Below are positions 59,156 to 64,000 of a stretch of DNA of 64,000 nt, one piece after another. The DNA comes from Oscarella lobularis (Eukaryota). Location of the stretch: NCBI RefSeq assembly GCF_947507565.1, contig NC_089177.1, forward strand, positions 426,648 through 490,647, in the 5' to 3' direction. Under the pieces are notes generated by a model. It did no database searches. It saw only the letters and a program-made list of their open reading frames with translations, and was not told the DNA's origin. Within the stretch, counting starts at the first letter, position 1, and each line of letters begins with the position of its first letter. The position numbers and the translations under genes are program-made.

Positions 59156-59746
59156 TCTTTAGCACCGCACCTTCGCTTTGAGCGTCGCCGAGTTTCTCAA
59201 GTATCGCGTCAGCTATTTCCTTTGTTAGAGGAAGCTGTCAGGCGAAAAAACATCATAACGTTCGGACGTCTACCTTTGCTGAAGGTCCTTTGTGCGGCTC
59301 GACGTTTCCGAGAGCCGCGGCAACAATTTCCTTAGAATTAAGTGCTAGTGGCAAAACGTTCTGCTTTATTCGTGTATTGAAGCAATACCTCTTCTAGTGT
59401 AGCCCGTTTAGCCAACGACGTAGCAGCCACGTTCCAGCCACCACACAGCGACAAAAGAAGCAAGGCAGCGAGCGTCTTCATAATGTAAGGCGAGAAGACT
59501 GAATGTCCGGGCAGGCGTGAAGCGGGCGTATAAGAGTTAATGCGAAGGAAAGGAAATGCTTGTGTACGCCCAACATGGGCGTGGTTTTCAGTCCATTTAG
59601 ACATTGAGAGCAAGCCTAGGGCTACATTGCTCGAGATCACACATGCATCGCCGAACGGATAAGGAAACGGTGCTACAACTTCAAGGAACACAGCGTCACA
59701 GATACAATATACTTTAGGCTATGTCAATATAACACTATTGGCGAAG

Positions 59747-60424
59747 TCATGCTCTGTCGACTCCTCGTATACGTCGAGCTAGCTGGATGTCCTTCGGCAT
59801 TATCGTCACTCTCTTGGCATGAATAGCGCACAGATTACTGGAAAAGAATCTAAAAATTGGATAAAGCAATAAAAATGCTGTCTGCTCACGTGTCTTCGAA
59901 GAGGTGGATTAAGTATGCTTCTGAAGCTTCCTGGAGTGCTTCGATGGCATTTGACCTCCATTTCAGCGCCGTACGAGTGCATTCAATCGCTATTTCCCTT
60001 ACCTTCAATTAGCACTAATTAGGTAGTGAATTTCCAATACCAATAACGATAATTATTTTCCATGCGAAATTTTTTATCTCTAGCCCATTCTGCAGGCTTA
60101 CCAGTCTCGCAAATGGAAGTTTTCGTATAAGGAGATGATAAGAATGTTGAAAAGCCCGTATCTCCTTCAGAGCTTTGACGCCCGGTCGATACCGGCGCTT
60201 TCGCTTGGAAATTGCGCCGGCCATGCGGTCCATGGCCTCTGCATACAACTAGTTAGCCGGCTAGAACTTCGGAGGAGGGCTCGTCTTGCGCGCTTACGAC
60301 TCTTGGGAGTTCGTCCGCGATGTTTCGGGGTGGTGCGTGGCGTCGCTGGCTCGGACGTGGCCGGAGACGCGGGAAGACGTCCATGAGACCGCAACTGCGA
60401 CTGGGGCACCTTGCTTCGCGGCAT
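59747..60424 (-). CDS. Divergent histone H3 variant (candidate centromeric H3, CENP-A/cenH3-like) with 3 or more exons and an Arg/Pro/Ser/Thr-rich N-tail
   Basis: The histone-fold exon at 60102-60248 reads [38 protein letters not shown] against H3 [34 protein letters not shown]. The exon at 59890-60002 reads [38 protein letters not shown], with loop 1 one residue longer than H3. The exon at 59747-59837 reads [29 protein letters not shown] with a stop. The introns are 99 and 52 nt (gtaagc...ag and gtgagc...ag). The tail frame reads [48 protein letters not shown] at 60300-60424, and its junction to the fold frame is unresolved. Confidence 0.6.
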
Positions 60425-60926
60425 TTCGGTTGCAAGTGTTGGTTGCAAGGGCGGCGCGCGCACGAGAATGCGCAGTAGGTTTGTTTGTGACGTCGGAACC
60501 ACGAACAAGCACGGCTCCGGGTCTGTCTCGTGTCACTGGCGGGTCTGCCGTTGGAGAAGCAATCGCAAGAGTCACGGATAACCACTAGCAGGATATTGCG
60601 CTATAAAACTCCGCGATCTTTCTCTCGAAGAATGCCCTGGGTTCTCCCCGTCGAAGCGACAGCCAGTCGGGCGCTTGTTCTTGGTCGTTAACGATAACCC
60701 TGCTCCCATTTCCGACGAAAATACGCGCTAAATGTTATTTTGAGGCTAATTAGGGCTCTCAAGAGTTACATCTTTGGATTGGAGTCTCTGTGCTGGTTCG
60801 TGATTTTAATCAACAGTTTGCTCAATCCCAACATAAAAAAGAAGAGGAGACGTGTCGACTGTCAGTGCTACGCTCGCAATGGTAAAGAAATGGAAAAAGA
60901 AAAAGAAGACGAACGCCACCCAATAT

Positions 60927-63105
60927 CTACTTATTCAAAAAGTCTATCGAAGCGTGCGCTTTCCGCTGACTGGTCAAGTCCATCGCTTCGACTTTGATCT
61001 CGGTATCGCCGAACATCATGCTCATCTGAAGCTCGCGATCCTTTCCGCCTCTCGTATCCGGCATATCCAAATGAAGCTCGCCGCATCGTCGAACGCCGGG
61101 ATCCGTCGTATAACGCACGTGCTCCTTGTCGCTGCAGAAAATACTGATAATCGTGCTCGTCTGATCGGCACGCGCCGGCGTGTAGCTCCGCACGACAATG
61201 TCGCCGAGCGCGACGCACTGATCGACGACGACGAACGTGTCGAAGACGTCCGTGCACCAGGCGAGTCCGCCTTTGATCGTCTTCTTCTCCGTCGGATGTT
61301 TCCCGTCGACGAACGCGTTCAAGACGCCGACACCGTACGTCAGCGCCGATCGGCGCACGCGCACGACGGTCGGATCGAGTCCGAACAGGACGGCACCTTT
61401 GAGGATCGCGAGACCGGGATCCTGCGGGATGATGACGCGCACGCCGCGCTCGCTTCCGCTTCCGAACGTGCGTCGAATCTCGGACTGGAGCAACGGCGAC
61501 TCGGCGAAACCGCCGACGAGAAATAGAAATCGAACGCCGGCTAAATCCGGCTTGGCGAGCATGTCGCTCACGTGATTGATCGCCTTGCGAACGACCGGTT
61601 CGAACAGCTCCTGCATGGCGCCGGGAGCGAGACGAAGCATTCCTTGAGACGACCATCGGATGTCCTTGTTTCCGTAGCGTTTGATTGCCTCCTCGACCGT
61701 TTCGCCGCGCACCTTGAGATAGTGATCGATGAACGAAAAGGGCAATGATATGTTGAGGGGATTCGATTTCGTCATCGTGACGGCACGCTTTTTCGCTTCG
61801 AACGCAATCATCAAATCGACCCAGCCGGCCGGCTTTGTTATTTGAAAGTCGGCAATGAAAGCGTGGCCGAATATTTGACGAAGTAGCTGCTCGAATTCGT
61901 GATCGACGCCGATTGCGCCCCACGCGCCGCCCGACGCCTTGTGGAGTTCTTTCAGCGTGCCGCGCTCTTCTGTTTCGTGCACCGTGACGTCGACTGTGCC
62001 GCCGCCGCAATCTACGACGATGTACTGCGTGCCGGCGGGAAAGTCGGCAGCGACCGGTGGAGCGGCGAACGTTTCCGCTTCTTCCGGGACAGTTTCGCGC
62101 TGTTTTAACTTTCGGCAGTGTATCGATGCCGCTTCTGGTTCGAGAGCAATGAGAAGTTGCTCCGGATTGTCCGGATGAGCTAAGCCCGCCTAGGAGAGGA
62201 GATAGAGAGGATTTAGATAGCACCACTTGCTAAGGAACTTAGAAACTCTGCATGCAAGGGTACAAAAAGCGAGAAAGACCACTTCTCTTTAGATCTGTAC
62301 ATGTACTTAGGAACCTTTCAATAGTGCGGTACAGAGGTCTAGCAGAGGAGAACGGCACACAATTTACAGTAGGTACCTTTGGGTTCATGTAGGGGGAGGA
62401 CAGATACAACAAAACCTCTTTTCTTTCTCTTTTTAATGTCTTGCTTGCAGGTTGAAATTTACCTCGTATGCCGCTTGGCGCATGAATTGCTTTGCTGGTT
62501 GTTTCCATATAGCCGGCACGGTGATCACCCATCGGATGTCGTCGTTCAGTATTTGCGTCGACGACTGATCAGACAATTCTTGGAGGCAGTGCTCCTTGAA
62601 AAATTCGAGAGCGTGAGCGAAGACTTTCAATGCGAGGACGCGTTTTCCATTGGCCGCTTCGATCTCGACGCCCTTGTGGAGATCCTGTGCAGCAGAAAAA
62701 AAGGGGGAGGTATACTGTTACACCAACAAAGGAATAGCTAATCTATCTATTCGAAGGTCAGGGATCCACCACCGTGTGTACCTGAGTCGAATGCAAATTC
62801 ATTTTGAATTTTTCGAAGTAGAGCCACTTGCGTGCCTCGACTTCGTCCAAGTCGTGATAGTTGTCGCGTGCGCCGAAGCCGAACGAGTGAAATTCGCCGT
62901 CGGGCTTGAGCAGGAGCGTCGTCGGCGTCTTCTGATTCGAGACGCCCGGGTCGCCACCCTCCCATTTGCGCATCATGTGAATCGAGTCGGGATCGCGCGT
63001 GAATGAGAACGCGTAGCCGCTGAACGTCGTTCCGAAATCGATTGCAGCAACGACGAAGTGCGACGGGCGACTTGCTGCCCCTTCGCCGGCGGTGCCGCCG
63101 CTCAT
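60927..63105 (-). CDS. HSPA12: HSPA12-type atypical Hsp70 (heat shock 70 kDa protein 12A/B-like), 3 or more exons
   Basis: [18 protein letters not shown]...[43 protein letters not shown] matches human HSPA12A VVVAIDFGTTSSGYAYSF...[68 protein letters not shown] is present. The large exon 60927..61982 reads [20 protein letters not shown]...[13 protein letters not shown]...[15 protein letters not shown]...[20 protein letters not shown]...[14 protein letters not shown]...[29 protein letters not shown] and is near-colinear with HSPA12A. Confidence 0.85.
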
Positions 63106-64000
63106 GTTTTGCAGGAAGTCCTGACACGCCTCCCGAAATCGGATTTATGTTTATTTCGCGCATGCTACGCTCTCTCAGAGTCTCCTTTTGCTTCGGAATG
63201 ACTGAAAGAGCTGAAGAAACCCGGCGACTGTCTGTCAAAGTAGGAGCCTTAATGAAAAAACGTACATTTTGACAGGTGAGGCCCCTTTTGGGGTTCGCAA
63301 CATTTCCGTGTTCGTAGCGTCGTCCTCCCGACACGGATAGCGACGAAAGCGACGGGGAAGATTACCGGCCGTACGTTTCGCTGAAACAACGGCGAAAACA
63401 GATGGTAGGGAGACAAGAAGTCGTTCGAGGAAGACGATCGTACAAACAGGGCTCGTTTTCAGCACGAAAAACGCGGAAAAATCTTTCGTCCGGGGCAGAA
63501 ACAAGACAACGAGAGTGCAAACAGAACGGAAGATGAGGTCGATTAGAGCAAAAGAGTATGAATCGCGTAAACGTCGACGTTTTCAATAGATTTTGGCAGC
63601 AGAACGATCGAGAGCGGCTCTCTCGCTTCTCGATCAGCACAGCGAGCTGAAGAAAGTCGCTGAGGGTAACTGAAGCCAAAATGCATAGTATTGATGCCAC
63701 CTGTACATTTCCTCTTCATCCAACAGCTCAGAAAGAATCCGCATTGGAAAAACAGGCAAAAGAAGAGGAGAAAATATTAGAGAACATCTCGGAACGAACA
63801 GGTGTGTAGTTGCGAGGGAATGTTCGCTACCAATTCCGAATCTAATAATATCTTGATTATCGATATCCCAAGCTAGATCAGACTTTCTGACCTAAACATT
63901 TTTAGCTCTGATGGCTGCAAGCGAATTAGCTAAAGGAATCCAATACACGAAGAGCTTAGAAACAAGGTAGAAACTCTAACTAACTAGGAACACTTTTTTT

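Noticed and set aside
60931-62226. 431-aa Arg-rich minus-strand ORF
   Set aside because: It is an alternate reading frame across GC-rich HSPA12-like coding sequence. The HSPA12 frame (60927..61982 plus upstream exons) carries the real homology.

Overview
This window reads as compact eukaryotic nuclear DNA, most likely from an animal or close relative. There are no prokaryotic features such as operons with ribosome-binding sites, CRISPR arrays or rRNA genes. About 22 protein-coding genes sit on both strands, nearly all cut by many tiny GT-AG introns of about 45 to 100 nt that are AT-rich and often contain 'ttaattaa'. Exons are GC-rich with many NCG codons. Genes named from sequence alone: an armadillo-repeat protein; a DOCK1/DOCK180-like GEF; MCM-binding protein; a TRPV-like channel; centrin; an alpha-arrestin (ARRDC) with PPxY motifs; CDC23/APC8; NUP107; BRD8 carrying a roughly 450-aa hyper-acidic insertion; TACC; sideroflexin; two tandem BBOX/TMLH-type dioxygenases; ASCC3 (Brr2-like dual-cassette helicase); a divergent histone H3, a cenH3 candidate; and an HSPA12-type atypical Hsp70. 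Most unusual items: (1) a 3.4-kb intronless, AT-richer gene (22040-25447) that fuses a plant-type LRR ectodomain and a Cys-rich module to a polytopic membrane domain of 9 or more TM segments; (2) a small secreted repeat protein nested in the only long intron of the DOCK gene; (3) tandem Cys-rich secreted paralogs of unknown fold; (4) several same-strand gene pairs only 100-160 nt apart, which looks like operon-style organisation. All multi-exon gene coordinates are approximate spans. Exon boundaries were checked by hand only where stated.
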